The notes: a model not told the origin generated them from the sequence alone. A stretch of DNA of 64,000 nucleotides from Bacteriovoracaceae bacterium UBA4097 (GCA_002381765.1 DFXX01000037.1:223-64222); one strand, 5' to 3'. Counted from the first letter of the stretch, positions 29,360 through 39,760 are shown. Numbers and translations: made by a program.

Positions 29360-30099
29360 AGTTAGTTCTATTTCTAATTCTACTTTCTTTTAATGATTTA
29401 GCTTTAAGCTCTGAGGAGCAAGTGGAAATTCACGCCAGCCTTTGTCCATCCTCTCAAAGTGAGCTTTTGATTCAACTAGAAAGAGCATCCGGCCTTATCA
29501 AACAAAGAAATATTTGGTACTTGGACCATCCGGATCTATCGCTAAATAATTCAGGGAAAATCTTAAGAATAAGAAAGGATATTGATAAGAATAAAGTAAC
29601 CATTACTGTAAAGCTTCGTACACAGGATGAGCTGAAGTTCGCGAAACCTGAAATTGATTGTGAAAAAGATTGGTATGGCGAAGAGAAAAAAAGCTCTTGC
29701 TCACTAGACTCATCTCTTCCCGCTCATGAATGGGATCTGGCCCTTCAGGGAAAAACCTCACTCATCACTTTATTCTCTTCTACCCAACTTCATTTCCTCT
29801 TTGATAATAACGTGTATGTAAATTGGAATCATCTTAAAATCTATGGGAATATTGAGGCCCGCATCTGGAAGTATGATGATAAGACTCTTGAAATTTGGTC
29901 TATGAGTAATCGTGATAAGCATTTTGAAGTTTATGAAGTCTCTACGAGGGCCCCTATTAAGGATGCTCAGAAAGTTCAAGAAAAACTCTTCAAAGACTTA
30001 ATCCTGCGTGGTGTGAAGCTTTGTTCTAGTCATGAGAGCAAGACCAAAACCGTTCTTGAATTTCTTTCAAAGAATCATGACTTTAAAGGGGACCAGTGA
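29356..30099 (+). CDS. Secreted CYTH-like hypothetical protein
   Basis: Signal peptide; IWYLD, ILRIRK, VKLR, EVSTR, SKT pattern of CYTH tunnel fold. Confidence 0.6.
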   Translation: MKLVLFLILLSFNDLALSSEEQVEIHASLCPSSQSELLIQLERASGLIKQRNIWYLDHPDLSLNNSGKILRIRKDIDKNKVTITVKLRTQDELKFAKPEIDCEKDWYGEEKKSSCSLDSSLPAHEWDLALQGKTSLITLFSSTQLHFLFDNNVYVNWNHLKIYGNIEARIWKYDDKTLEIWSMSNRDKHFEVYEVSTRAPIKDAQKVQEKLFKDLILRGVKLCSSHESKTKTVLEFLSKNHDFKGDQ

Positions 30100-32417
30100 A
30101 CAATTCTGTTCATCTTTCCAAATGACTGCTGCTTCTTACCTCTTGGAAGACTCAAAATAAGCAGAAGGCTTCCAGAGAAAGCGAAATGCCAGCTGGCCAT
30201 TCTACTCATGGAATCAAAAAACAAGGGCATAATGGCCAGGCAAAGGGCCAGGGGAATATTCACAAGCCTGATGATTCGTGCGACCTCACTGAAGGCTATA
30301 ATCGCAACAGTGGTAATCATGGCCGCCAATATATACACAGTATTTGAGGCCAATCCTGTTAGCCCTAACACCCATGGCGAAAACATGAGCCACATTCCTA
30401 AAGCAGCACAAATTAGCAATGGTATGAAGGAACCTTCTGTTCTTGTCTTAACGGGGTGATTCTCTGTTTTATTTTCAGTATAACCCAACCAAAAACTTTT
30501 CCAAAATGGTTGCCCCTCTTTTTTAACCCTAAGCAGGTGCTGAACCGAGGCGAGGACTTCATCCACCGCCGGTGGAACCATGATAAGCATGATGAAGGCC
30601 GTGATAAGGCACAGGGTGCACCAGGCCCCCACACTAATAGGTTGAAGCATTATGAGAGTTATACTCGTAAATCCTGCGGGAATGATCATAAGACCAAAAA
30701 GGATGACGGCCCAAGGCATGGTTCTCCAGCGCTGTTTTCCTCCTATGGCCGCGGCGATGACATCTAAAAGATAAGTCATTGCACCTAAACCAGCATCAGA
30801 TACTGGAAAAGCTTTCGAAACAGAAGATGTGAGAACCTCTACCGTTCCATTCTCAAAAAAGGGATCCCAGACATTTTCAATATGCCCAAGTTGATAGGCG
30901 GCGAGATATCTTGAGAAAAGAAATCCCAGATAGGCGAGGAACATAATGGGAAGTCTTTGTCCCGCAGTTGAGGGATTATAGCTCCATCCTGGAGGAATCC
31001 CTTTACCCTCGTATTCACTAGGTGAAGAGGGGGTATAGACGCTGGCAAGCATCACCAAGGCGCCGATGAGAGTATCGCTTGAATAGGCTGCAGTGGAAGC
31101 CGTTTCAAAGATAAGAGGGGATAGCATAATCCATGCACCCATGAGAGCATTTATCCATCTCATCCATCTTAAGGTCGGTATGAGAGTAAGTGTCGCAAAT
31201 AAAGTAATCAGACTTCCAGAGATGATTTGACTCCAGAATTCTCCTGATTCTATTTCTTTCATGGCAAATGGATTGAAGAAGAGCAGAACGCCAAGAAAAA
31301 TGGTAAAAATGGAAGCAAGCCATCCCAGTTTTTCTCTCTCGCTGCCAATCATGGAAAGACTTCTATAGAAAGGAGGAGGAATTTTATTTATTCCATACCA
31401 TTTCTGTGGGCCTTTTTTGAGATTTGAGATCATGATTGGTAAACGCTCTCTGAGCTTTTTCTCAGGGGACCAGTTAAGCAATTTCTTGAAGCGAGTATTA
31501 TCAACTTCAAAGTGTTCATCTGAGTGAGGAATCATCCATGGTCTGATGAAAGGCTCGCGAATGAAGGGGGTATACTTCATCATCCATGCCCCACCCCGCG
31601 CTATGAATTTAGGTATTCGAATGACGGGCCAGGGCCTTTGATAAAGCTCTCGTCCGATAATTTCTTGCAGCTCTCTAAAGCTTAAGACTTCTTCTTCACC
31701 TAATACGAATGTCTCGAATCCTTTTAAATCTTGACGCCTCTGAATGAGGACTTCGATGCCTTTGACTAAATCATCAATATGAAGAAAACTTTGCCCATGA
31801 TCAGGATTTCCCGGAAAGGGTACAGAAGTCAGCCAACCTTCGTGAATTCTCACTATTTGATGAGAGAGGGTGGGTGAATGGCAAAAATCATTATAGACCC
31901 CCGCTATCCTTAAATTTATGATGGGAATATCGACATGTTCTTTTTCCAGAATCTTTTCTGTCTCGACTTTTGATTTTGGATAGGGCCAGCTCGGAGCAAC
32001 CGATGAAGAGTCTATGATTTTTTTTCCCGGATGAGTAGGAGCATAGACCAACATGGTGCTTGAAAAAATAAACTGCAAAACAGAGAAATTCTTTTTTAAT
32101 TGTGTAAGTAAAGCATGGGTTCCATCGATAGTTATGGACTGATATTTTGTGTCCTCTTTCCCGTCAAAACTATAATAGGCCACGAGATGAACTACTGAGT
32201 GAAGGCAGGACCCATGAGCGATCTTAATATCATGCAGGGTCTCTTCCACGTCTTTCTCTGAAGTAATATCGATGGTGTGATAAATCACTCCAGGGACTGG
32301 ATCTTTTGGGGCATCACGATCTACTCCTATGACTTGATAATTGCAAGAGAGGTGCTGAGCGAGTGTGCTTCCGATAAATCCACTGCTGCCAGTAATTAAA
32401 ATTGTTTCTCGCGCCAA
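30075..32417 (-). CDS. NAD-dependent epimerase + SPW repeats + vitamin K epoxide reductase (VKOR) fusion
   Basis: GSSGFIG, YPKSK, PPGWSYNPS, PVSDAGLG, RWRTMPW, WCTLC (CxxC). Confidence 0.9.
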   Translation of the reverse strand: MARETILITGSSGFIGSTLAQHLSCNYQVIGVDRDAPKDPVPGVIYHTIDITSEKDVEETLHDIKIAHGSCLHSVVHLVAYYSFDGKEDTKYQSITIDGTHALLTQLKKNFSVLQFIFSSTMLVYAPTHPGKKIIDSSSVAPSWPYPKSKVETEKILEKEHVDIPIINLRIAGVYNDFCHSPTLSHQIVRIHEGWLTSVPFPGNPDHGQSFLHIDDLVKGIEVLIQRRQDLKGFETFVLGEEEVLSFRELQEIIGRELYQRPWPVIRIPKFIARGGAWMMKYTPFIREPFIRPWMIPHSDEHFEVDNTRFKKLLNWSPEKKLRERLPIMISNLKKGPQKWYGINKIPPPFYRSLSMIGSEREKLGWLASIFTIFLGVLLFFNPFAMKEIESGEFWSQIISGSLITLFATLTLIPTLRWMRWINALMGAWIMLSPLIFETASTAAYSSDTLIGALVMLASVYTPSSPSEYEGKGIPPGWSYNPSTAGQRLPIMFLAYLGFLFSRYLAAYQLGHIENVWDPFFENGTVEVLTSSVSKAFPVSDAGLGAMTYLLDVIAAAIGGKQRWRTMPWAVILFGLMIIPAGFTSITLIMLQPISVGAWCTLCLITAFIMLIMVPPAVDEVLASVQHLLRVKKEGQPFWKSFWLGYTENKTENHPVKTRTEGSFIPLLICAALGMWLMFSPWVLGLTGLASNTVYILAAMITTVAIIAFSEVARIIRLVNIPLALCLAIMPLFFDSMSRMASWHFAFSGSLLLILSLPRGKKQQSFGKMNRIVHWSPLKS

Positions 32418-32500
32418 AATATCTCCTTGGTATAACCCAGGAGATATTTTGCGGCCTTATTCATCTTGAGGCATGGGGCAGTGAAACCTGAATAAAGTGC

Positions 32501-33118
32501 TTAATTTGCAGATTTTAGTTCTGCCAGTGACTCTGAGATAATGGGAAATGCCGATCTCAGGAATAGGCAAGCAATAATGAGACCGATCACGATATCGGGC
32601 CATTTGCTTTGAGTGAAATTCACCACAATAGCGGCCACAAGAACTCCGATATTAGAGATAATATCATTCCTGGAACATATATAGGTTGACTTCATATTAA
32701 GATCATCATTTCTGTGCTTCATAAGTAATTGCAAACAAACCAGGTTGGCCAGAAGAGCAAGTGCGCCAATGAATCCCATGGTATGAGCGGCTGGAATAAT
32801 ATCCGAGAAGAGTTTAAATCCGACTTCTGCCAGAACTATCAGACCGAAGGCAGTAATAATGATTCCTTTCATGAGAGCAGCAGTGGCTCGCCACTGCTGA
32901 CTTTTGTTCAAGACATAAAGGCTAAAGCCATAAACGAGAGCATCGCCAAACATATCTAAAGAATCTGCCATCAGGGCACTAGAGCGAGCTCTCCATCCCA
33001 TGGTGAATTCCACCACAAACATGACAGCATTTATCAATAAAACAATCTTGAGTATTTTACCTTGCTCAGCTCTTAGCATTTCTAATTCAGCGGATTTATT
33101 TTCACAACAACTTTTCAT
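32501..33118 (-). CDS. Short cation diffusion facilitator (TM domain only)
   Basis: SSALMADSLDM, NMKSTYICSRND, WPDIVIG; N-terminal CC; start MKSCC after GGAGA. Confidence 0.9.
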   Translation of the reverse strand: MKSCCENKSAELEMLRAEQGKILKIVLLINAVMFVVEFTMGWRARSSALMADSLDMFGDALVYGFSLYVLNKSQQWRATAALMKGIIITAFGLIVLAEVGFKLFSDIIPAAHTMGFIGALALLANLVCLQLLMKHRNDDLNMKSTYICSRNDIISNIGVLVAAIVVNFTQSKWPDIVIGLIIACLFLRSAFPIISESLAELKSAN

Positions 33119-33193
33119 GGATGTCTCCAAGTACTAAATTACTCTCTTTTATCCTGGCTAGTCAAACACTGGAAATGAGCATTAAGATGCCGT

Positions 33194-33853
33194 ATGAACT
33201 CCTTAGAAGAAATTCATGAGAGATTAAAGGCCTGTGATGCCTGTCCACAGATGTGTGGCACGCCTGTTGTTGGCAATAAGAATAAGACGGGCCTTATGTT
33301 AATTGGCCAGGCCCCTGGGCCGCATGAGGCAAGCAAAGGAAAACCATTTGCCTTTACGGCAGGAAAAACTTTATTTGAGTGGCTGCACAAGGTGAGTGGA
33401 CTTTCGGAAGAAGAACTTCGAGCACAAATCTATTTTGCTGCCGTCGCACGTTGCTTTCCAGGGAAAAATCTTAAGGGAGGCGGTGATCGGGAACCCTCTT
33501 CTGAAGAGATAGCTAACTGTCGACAATTTTTAATTGCTGAAATGAATGTTTTAAAACCCAAAGTTGTCATTGCGGTGGGAAAGCTTGCAATCTCTGAAGT
33601 CTTGGGGCCGGGGATATTTAAAAAATCTGCTCCTCTTACAGATATCGTCGGAAAAAAAATCTCTGTTAACTATCATGGGCAAGATATTGTAGTGGTCCCA
33701 CTTCCTCATCCTAGTGGGATCTCGACCTGGCATAAAAAAGGGCCTGGTAAAAGTTTACTCGTAGAGGCACTTAATCAACTGGCCTTGATTGATGGCGGTC
33801 TCAAGAAGAAAGATGCGACAGCAACAGATAGAGGGAGTATTAGCGATAACTGA
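33194..33853 (+). CDS. Uracil-DNA glycosylase family 4/5-like protein
   Basis: CDACPQMC, GQAPG, RCFPG, LPHPSG. Confidence 0.9.
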   Translation: MNSLEEIHERLKACDACPQMCGTPVVGNKNKTGLMLIGQAPGPHEASKGKPFAFTAGKTLFEWLHKVSGLSEEELRAQIYFAAVARCFPGKNLKGGGDREPSSEEIANCRQFLIAEMNVLKPKVVIAVGKLAISEVLGPGIFKKSAPLTDIVGKKISVNYHGQDIVVVPLPHPSGISTWHKKGPGKSLLVEALNQLALIDGGLKKKDATATDRGSISDN

Positions 33854-35091
33854 AGGATAGAAACATAATTTCCTGTGAAAGATTCTCCCAAACTAAATAA
33901 GTAGGGACCAACTGCACTTCCCGCAACGATCCAAGACATGTTTACTCCGGCTATGGCCCCTAGGTGTTTTCTTCCAAAAAGTTTTGGCCAAGCAGCACCC
34001 ATCAGAAGAGAGAACAGACCATTAGAAATACCAAAACCAATTACTGTGATCATATATCCAGTACTGGTGCCTAGATACTGAAGCCCCATAAGACCTGTGC
34101 AAATACCAACTTGCATAACGGTTAAAACATACTTCAATGGATAGCGGTCACTAGAATAGCCACCTATAAAATCGGCAATTGTTGAAACAACAGCTAGGGG
34201 AAGAAAGAGAGCAAAAGCCTTCTCACTACTTAACCCATTGGTTTTTCCTATATCTGCCATGTGAAAAGTTATGGCGGTAACTAACAGGGCCTGAGCAAGC
34301 ATTCCAAAATTAAAGATCCAGAAAGCGGAGGTGCGAATGGCCTCTGCTGCTGTAAAGGAATGTTCCATGAGATTAGTATCAACATCCTGACCTGCTAATG
34401 GTATTTGTCCACCATCAACTTGCAATCCACTTTCCTCAGGGGAGTTTCTGAAAGTTGCCCAAGCAAAAGCTGACATTAAAAATGAAAGGACTGAGAGAAG
34501 TTGAAGAGATCCTTGCCATTCAAAAGTTTTAATTAGACGGGTTAATACAAGAGGGGCCAATCCAAAACCAAAGGCAACAAATACACCGCTGATACCAAGT
34601 ACAAAACCTCTTCTTTTCATAAACCATCTTCCCATCATGGTTCTTGAGGCCATGGTGAGTTGTCCCTGACCAAAGTGACGGATTCCAAGGAAACAGATGA
34701 AGGCCATCGATAAGGCCACCCAGTAATGATTCCATTGAGTCAAGGTTTCAATTTTGTTAACCAATAAAGGAGAATGGGAAAGTAGCAAAAGGAAAAGTGC
34801 AAGAAAGAAACTAGCAAAGGCCCCCATTCTTCTTGTACCAAGTTTATCCATGAGTCTTCCTGCCATAGGCAAAAGAAAGGCAGAGGTAAGTGTGCCGCAC
34901 ATGTAGGCAAGACTCAACTCAAGACGATTGATGTTTAAACTTTTAATTAGAAACTCTGTATAAACACTCACACCCATCGTTTGCCCAGGGACACTCATGA
35001 TCACCCCTAGAGTTCCGGCGGCGATAATGACCCAACCATAATAGATTCCACGGGCCTGAAGTTTTTGAGGGAGGTTGGGAAGAGAGTTCAT
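33775..35091 (-). CDS. MFS transporter
   Basis: YYGWVII, GRLMDKLGTRR, WFMKRRG, LFGRKHLGAI; real start MNSLPN at 35091. Confidence 0.92.
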   Translation of the reverse strand: MNSLPNLPQKLQARGIYYGWVIIAAGTLGVIMSVPGQTMGVSVYTEFLIKSLNINRLELSLAYMCGTLTSAFLLPMAGRLMDKLGTRRMGAFASFFLALFLLLLSHSPLLVNKIETLTQWNHYWVALSMAFICFLGIRHFGQGQLTMASRTMMGRWFMKRRGFVLGISGVFVAFGFGLAPLVLTRLIKTFEWQGSLQLLSVLSFLMSAFAWATFRNSPEESGLQVDGGQIPLAGQDVDTNLMEHSFTAAEAIRTSAFWIFNFGMLAQALLVTAITFHMADIGKTNGLSSEKAFALFLPLAVVSTIADFIGGYSSDRYPLKYVLTVMQVGICTGLMGLQYLGTSTGYMITVIGFGISNGLFSLLMGAAWPKLFGRKHLGAIAGVNMSWIVAGSAVGPYLFSLGESFTGNYVSILQLSLILPLSVAVASFFLRPPSIKAS

Positions 35092-35217
35092 TTTAATAAC
35101 TTTTTCTAGTATAGAGTGGGTCATAAGATGGTAGAGATTATAGTCGTATATAGCTGAAATTTCATCATGTTTCATCGTTTTTATTAAACAGTTAGAATTA
35201 CTTAAAGACTTGCTTAG

Positions 35218-36045
35218 GAGAATAAGAGTGATGTTAAAAGCCATCTTTATTGTGGAAGATGGATTTGCGCACAAAAAAGTGTTGCTGATTCTTCTCATCA
35301 AGCTCCAGGTACTATACCTACTTCAAAACCTGCAAATCAAAAAGATAAGAAATGCATTTATTGGCATTTTACTTCTACCAGTGGAGCTTTTAGAGAAGGG
35401 GAATTAGTTGATGGAGGATCAACCATCAGAAGAATTATCTCGCCTAATGGCAAATCTTTAGTGCCATCAGGAATTGGTTTGTCTCAATGGCATCTTAACA
35501 GATAAAAAATTAGTATCCTAAGCTTGTCTACAGAACAGGGGGAGATGCGGAATTGACAAAACAAGGAATCACATCCGCTAGTACTGGCGATTAAGTCATG
35601 ATCACTTATCCACTTCCAAGTATGAATGTAGGCAGGACAACCGTAATTACTTCTGGAGGTGGCCTTAATTCAATATCAATTCCGTTTTTGGTTAAAGATT
35701 CTGATCCTGCAACATCAGGATTGCTTAGTACTGTTCGCTACAATAGCTCAAGCCAGAATAGAGTTTTGTCTTTGAGCTTAACTCCTGGAGATTTTAAGAC
35801 AGGTTCGCGATGCTTGACTTCACTGAGTAGTGACGCCAGTCTTCGCTGGAGGACCTCTGGTTCTAGAGCAGTAAGTGGATGTGAGATCATTAAGAATAAA
35901 ACTTAATACTTAAATATTCGTACACTCCAAAACTGCTCTGGTGATACTTCTTCATGCAGAATTCATTATCTGGGAGTGCGAGTACTTATTAAGGTGTTCT
36001 TTCTAGACTTGATGCGTGATTATTTTTTACGGTATGTCCTTTAAT
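35218..36045 (+). pseudogene. Probable decayed gene for a secreted beta-rich protein
   Basis: Start-less 95-codon frame 35218-35505, ORF 35598-35906 whose frame continues past TAA (GCEIIKNKT*YLNIR...C...C). Confidence 0.4.
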
Positions 36046-36201
36046 AAATACTATGTAATATCATGTGGTTAACTTCCTTATTGTATGTCGGCCGTACACA
36101 TCTGTGAACATATTTAGAAATAAACCTGAAAGGAAGTTTGACAGGCATGAATTAGATGATCTATTTACTCCGTTAAGAACTTTTAACCAACGGAGAAACA
36201 A

Positions 36202-36540
36202 ATGAAAACTATCATCGCTGCTCTTGCTCTTACACTTTCTGCTTCATCTTTTGCTATGCCTTTCGAAACTCAATCTTTCGGATTGTACTTCTGGGGTTCT
36301 TCTGAAGAAGAAGTTGTATCAATGATCGAAGAAGCTATTCCTGCTGTTCAAACTGGCGAGTTCGAAGATCTTGCTAAGCGTATGTCTTTCTCTAGATGTG
36401 CTCCAATCCAAGCTCGTCACATCAAAATCGGTAAGACTTTCATCAAGAAATTCTACAAGAATGTAAACGGAACTCTTTCTGTTTCTTACCGTGGTCTTCT
36501 TACTGTTTCTCATAACCGTTGTCGCGCATACAACAACTAA
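36202..36540 (+). CDS. Small secreted protein, highly-expressed codon style
   Basis: Signal peptide MKTIIAALALTLSASSFA; GGAGA RBS; TTC/ATC/AAC/GCT/TCT-biased codons; own terminator. Confidence 0.88.
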   Translation: MKTIIAALALTLSASSFAMPFETQSFGLYFWGSSEEEVVSMIEEAIPAVQTGEFEDLAKRMSFSRCAPIQARHIKIGKTFIKKFYKNVNGTLSVSYRGLLTVSHNRCRAYNN

Positions 36541-36558
36541 TTCTAAGAGTTATTGTTA

Positions 36559-36590
36559 TAGGGATCCTCATATGAGGGTCCCTTTTTTTT
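36559..36590 (+). terminator. Rho-independent terminator
   Basis: AGGGATCCTC-ATAT-GAGGGTCCCT followed by T-tract. Confidence 0.85.
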
Positions 36591-36603
36591 AAGTAGATGG
36601 ATC

Positions 36604-37443
36604 ATGCAAGATAATCTTCCTAACATTACAGAATATCTTAATTACCGGCAGTTCCTGCAGGATTTTTATCTATCTAAGAAGAAGGCCAGTCCTTCTTACT
36701 CCTATCGTGTTTTTGTTAATAAAGGTGATCTGGGGTCTCCTTCTCATCTGAAGATGGTTATCGATGGTAGTCGTAACCTTACGCTAAATACCATTCCTAA
36801 ATATATAAATGCTCTTGGATTCAAAAAGAAAGTTGAGTCTCAGTTTTTTGAACTCCTTGTTCTCTATAATCAGGAAACAAATCCTGATCAAAAAATTAAT
36901 TATTTTAATGAAATCATGGCGCTCAAAAGAAAGAAGGGTCTCTCCCTTCTAGAAAAGCACCAATTTGATCTCCTGGCCCAGTGGTTTCATGTGGCAATCT
37001 ATGTCCTGGTTGGATTAGATAGTTTCAAGAACGATCCTGAGTGGTTGGCCGAAAAATTAAGAAAGAGAGTTAACTCAAAGCAAACTCAGGATGCCCTGGA
37101 TTCGCTTGAGGCCTTAAAACTCATCGAAAGAGATGAAGTGAAGGGATATAAACAAACTTCAGGCGCCTTATCCACCGCAGATGATCTACGTCATCTTAGT
37201 GTTTATAGATATCATAAGGATATGATTGAACTCTCAATTAATTCTTTAGAGAATGATGCCAGTGAAGTTCGAGAATTCAATGGAGTTACCTTAAGTATCA
37301 GTAAGGATAAGCTCCCTCTATTAAAAGAAAAAATACGTGCTTTCAGAAAAGAGATAAATGAGTTAACTAGTAACATTCCTGATGCTGATGAGGTTTACCA
37401 ATTAAATGTTCAGCTCTTCCCGCTGACAGAGGTGAAACAATGA
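36604..37443 (+). CDS. TIGR02147 / DUF4423 family protein (N-terminal HTH)
   Basis: YLNYRQFLQDFY, YSYRVF, GSRNLT, WFHVAI, YHKDMI, REFNG, VYQLNVQLFP. Confidence 0.9.
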   Translation: MQDNLPNITEYLNYRQFLQDFYLSKKKASPSYSYRVFVNKGDLGSPSHLKMVIDGSRNLTLNTIPKYINALGFKKKVESQFFELLVLYNQETNPDQKINYFNEIMALKRKKGLSLLEKHQFDLLAQWFHVAIYVLVGLDSFKNDPEWLAEKLRKRVNSKQTQDALDSLEALKLIERDEVKGYKQTSGALSTADDLRHLSVYRYHKDMIELSINSLENDASEVREFNGVTLSISKDKLPLLKEKIRAFRKEINELTSNIPDADEVYQLNVQLFPLTEVKQ

Positions 37444-37820
37444 AAATCTTAGCTCTTGTTTTGATGATCGTCTTATTCTCTCTCCAAAGTTGGGGAGGAG
37501 GTGTCGATGTAGGTAATCATAAGCCACAAGGTTTTAGAGGCAGCTATGTCGTTCCAGCTTTTGCAACTGAAGAGGCCTTAGTTTCTTATGTTGAAAAACA
37601 ACTTCCTAAAATTGAAAAAGGTTCAGTCGCTGAAGTTAAGCAAATGATCAAAGAGGCCGCCTGCTCAAATGGAGATATTAAGTTTGATCTCCTAGAAGTC
37701 ATTCCTTCATATAAAATCAATCAGAAAACCTTAAAGCTTCAAAAAGAGTTTATGGGGCTAGTGATTGTTGACCTTAAGTCATGTAAAAAGCCGTCTCGCC
37801 TTACTTATTTTGATCATTAA
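37440..37820 (+). CDS. Small secreted protein, distant paralog of 36202-36540
   Basis: Signal peptide then GGGVDVGN; shared EExxVSxxE..P..G..C..IK..YK..GL.V..C pattern. Confidence 0.85.
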   Translation: MKILALVLMIVLFSLQSWGGGVDVGNHKPQGFRGSYVVPAFATEEALVSYVEKQLPKIEKGSVAEVKQMIKEAACSNGDIKFDLLEVIPSYKINQKTLKLQKEFMGLVIVDLKSCKKPSRLTYFDH

Positions 37821-37880
37821 TTTGCAACCTCTCTGCTCTTCTTGAAAGAGCATTGAGGTTGATCTATAACTTTCCTACTT

Positions 37881-38756
37881 ATGATTCAATACGATCCCCA
37901 TCGCTGGATGGACCATTTCTTCGATATACGTGGCTCCTTGGTAAGAGAAATCTCTGGCAGAGTACTCCTTTGCACTCTTTGGTCACTAGGAGTGGTGTAT
38001 TTTCATATTTACATCCATCCTGTTGGTATTCCGTCTATTATCCATACTCTAGTGGGTCTTGCTTTAGGTCTACTTCTGGTATTTAGAACCAATGCTTCCT
38101 ATGACCGTTTCTGGGAAGGACGAAAGCTTTGGGGTGGGATGGTAAATGAGACGCGCAATCTTATGAGGACCACTGAAGCGTTTCTTTCAGAAGCACCCGA
38201 GACCAGAAGAGAAGTTGCTCAGTGGATGATGGCCTTTATCTACGCCGCTATGAATATCTTAAGAGATAAGAAGAGTTTCGGCCCTATTGCTGCTTACCTA
38301 GATCCAGAAGAGGTGAAACTTGCTTATGAGTCTCCCCATCCTGCGATGTTTGCTGCTAAAAAGATCAGTCTTTGCTTGCAGCAAGCCAGACTCGCTGGTC
38401 ATATTAATGAGTTTGTCCAAATTAGCATCGATCAAAACGTTCAGCTGTTAGTTGATTATTTAGGTGGTTGTGAACGAATTCATAGGACGCCCTTACCTTT
38501 TGCCTATGTTGTTCATTTAAGAAGGGCCTTAGTCATATATTGCTTCACCTTGCCATTTGCTTTAGTTGAATTGTTTTCTTGGAATTGGGCCGTGGTCTTC
38601 GATACTCTGTTCCTATCCTATGTCTTTTTTGGAATTGAAGAAATCGGAGTAGAGATCGAGGATCCATTTGGGGAAGATGAAAATGATCTCCCCCTGGAGG
38701 CGATTTGTGATTCGATTTTCAGAAATACCAGGGCCCTGCTTTCCGTTGAGTTTTAA
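37881..38756 (+). CDS. Bestrophin-family anion channel (YneE-like)
   Basis: LVFRTNASYDRFWEGRKLWG, CERIHRTPLP, IEDPFG. Confidence 0.95.
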   Translation: MIQYDPHRWMDHFFDIRGSLVREISGRVLLCTLWSLGVVYFHIYIHPVGIPSIIHTLVGLALGLLLVFRTNASYDRFWEGRKLWGGMVNETRNLMRTTEAFLSEAPETRREVAQWMMAFIYAAMNILRDKKSFGPIAAYLDPEEVKLAYESPHPAMFAAKKISLCLQQARLAGHINEFVQISIDQNVQLLVDYLGGCERIHRTPLPFAYVVHLRRALVIYCFTLPFALVELFSWNWAVVFDTLFLSYVFFGIEEIGVEIEDPFGEDENDLPLEAICDSIFRNTRALLSVEF

Positions 38757-38761
38757 GACAA

Positions 38762-39760
38762 TTAATCCCTCATAGCATTTGGTAGAGTTAATATCTTGCT
38801 GTAAATCCCAAAGGGGAGGACCAGATTGATAAACGAATTATTTTTATCGAATTCAAAGTTGTTGACTGTGATGACACTAGTGCTGCCTAGTAAACTGCAA
38901 TTGTCCTGTGGAGTAACTTTCAGGTAAGGGCCGAGGGTTAGGTTATAGTAGACTTCAAACTCACTATGATCAATGCAGTCTTCACTTGTTATCTCATATC
39001 TTAATGACCCATCTTCTGAGATTATACTCAATTCTCGACTGCCATTGGTATTGCTCGACTCATACTTGCCTTGATAATATTTTCCGAAAAGTTCAGAAAT
39101 GTTTAATTCCGTTCCTCTGATGTAAAAGTCAGTAAAGTCATCACCAATCTTTGAGACCGCATAACTCCAGTTCTTCTTTTCATAATCGTATTCCCCGGCA
39201 AACGGGGTGTGATGGAAGTGCAGATGCTCAGAAGAAAGGCTGAGAAGTTTGCCAGAGATAGGTGAGCTTAACTCTACTTGGGCATAGTCTTCACAAAGTG
39301 TTTTAATTCTTGCTTTGCCACTCTGATCGAGATCAAAGGTTGTTCCTCTTTTTTGAAACTGAGCGCTCATAGTGTGAATGAGAGTGGGTTCAAAGACTAA
39401 TCTTAATCCCATTTCTGACTGTATGATTCGATAGGTTCCAGTTCTCTTAAACTTACAATCTAGATAATGATCTTCTAGATAATAATTGCTGGCATTTCTC
39501 ACAGGAATGATTGACTCGATGGTCATTTTGTTTTCATCATGAAATTGCAGGGTACCTGATTTTGACCTCAAGGTTCCTTGAAGATCAGCTTTATATTTTG
39601 CAGTTACATCCTTCATATCTGTTTCTACTGATTCTGTAACCAGAGGATCCTGTACTTCCCGCATAAGGGGTTGATTATCAATTTCAGGGGCCTTGCCACA
39701 AGCAAAGAGGGTAAGAGTGCACAAACCTAATGAGAGTGACTTAAACTTCGAATAAACCAT
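38762..39760 (-). CDS. Hypothetical lipoprotein
   Basis: Lipobox LFAC; AGGAG RBS; 332-aa ORF. Confidence 0.8.
   Translation of the reverse strand: MVYSKFKSLSLGLCTLTLFACGKAPEIDNQPLMREVQDPLVTESVETDMKDVTAKYKADLQGTLRSKSGTLQFHDENKMTIESIIPVRNASNYYLEDHYLDCKFKRTGTYRIIQSEMGLRLVFEPTLIHTMSAQFQKRGTTFDLDQSGKARIKTLCEDYAQVELSSPISGKLLSLSSEHLHFHHTPFAGEYDYEKKNWSYAVSKIGDDFTDFYIRGTELNISELFGKYYQGKYESSNTNGSRELSIISEDGSLRYEITSEDCIDHSEFEVYYNLTLGPYLKVTPQDNCSLLGSTSVITVNNFEFDKNNSFINLVLPFGIYSKILTLPNAMRD

Noticed and set aside
33136-33165. Second MerR-type promoter before the CDF gene (TTGACT on minus strand)
   Set aside because: Spacer is 18 bp and contains no dyad
35092-35301. 70-aa N-terminal extension of the MFS ORF
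   Set aside because: Not MFS-like; family homology starts at MNSLPN (35091)
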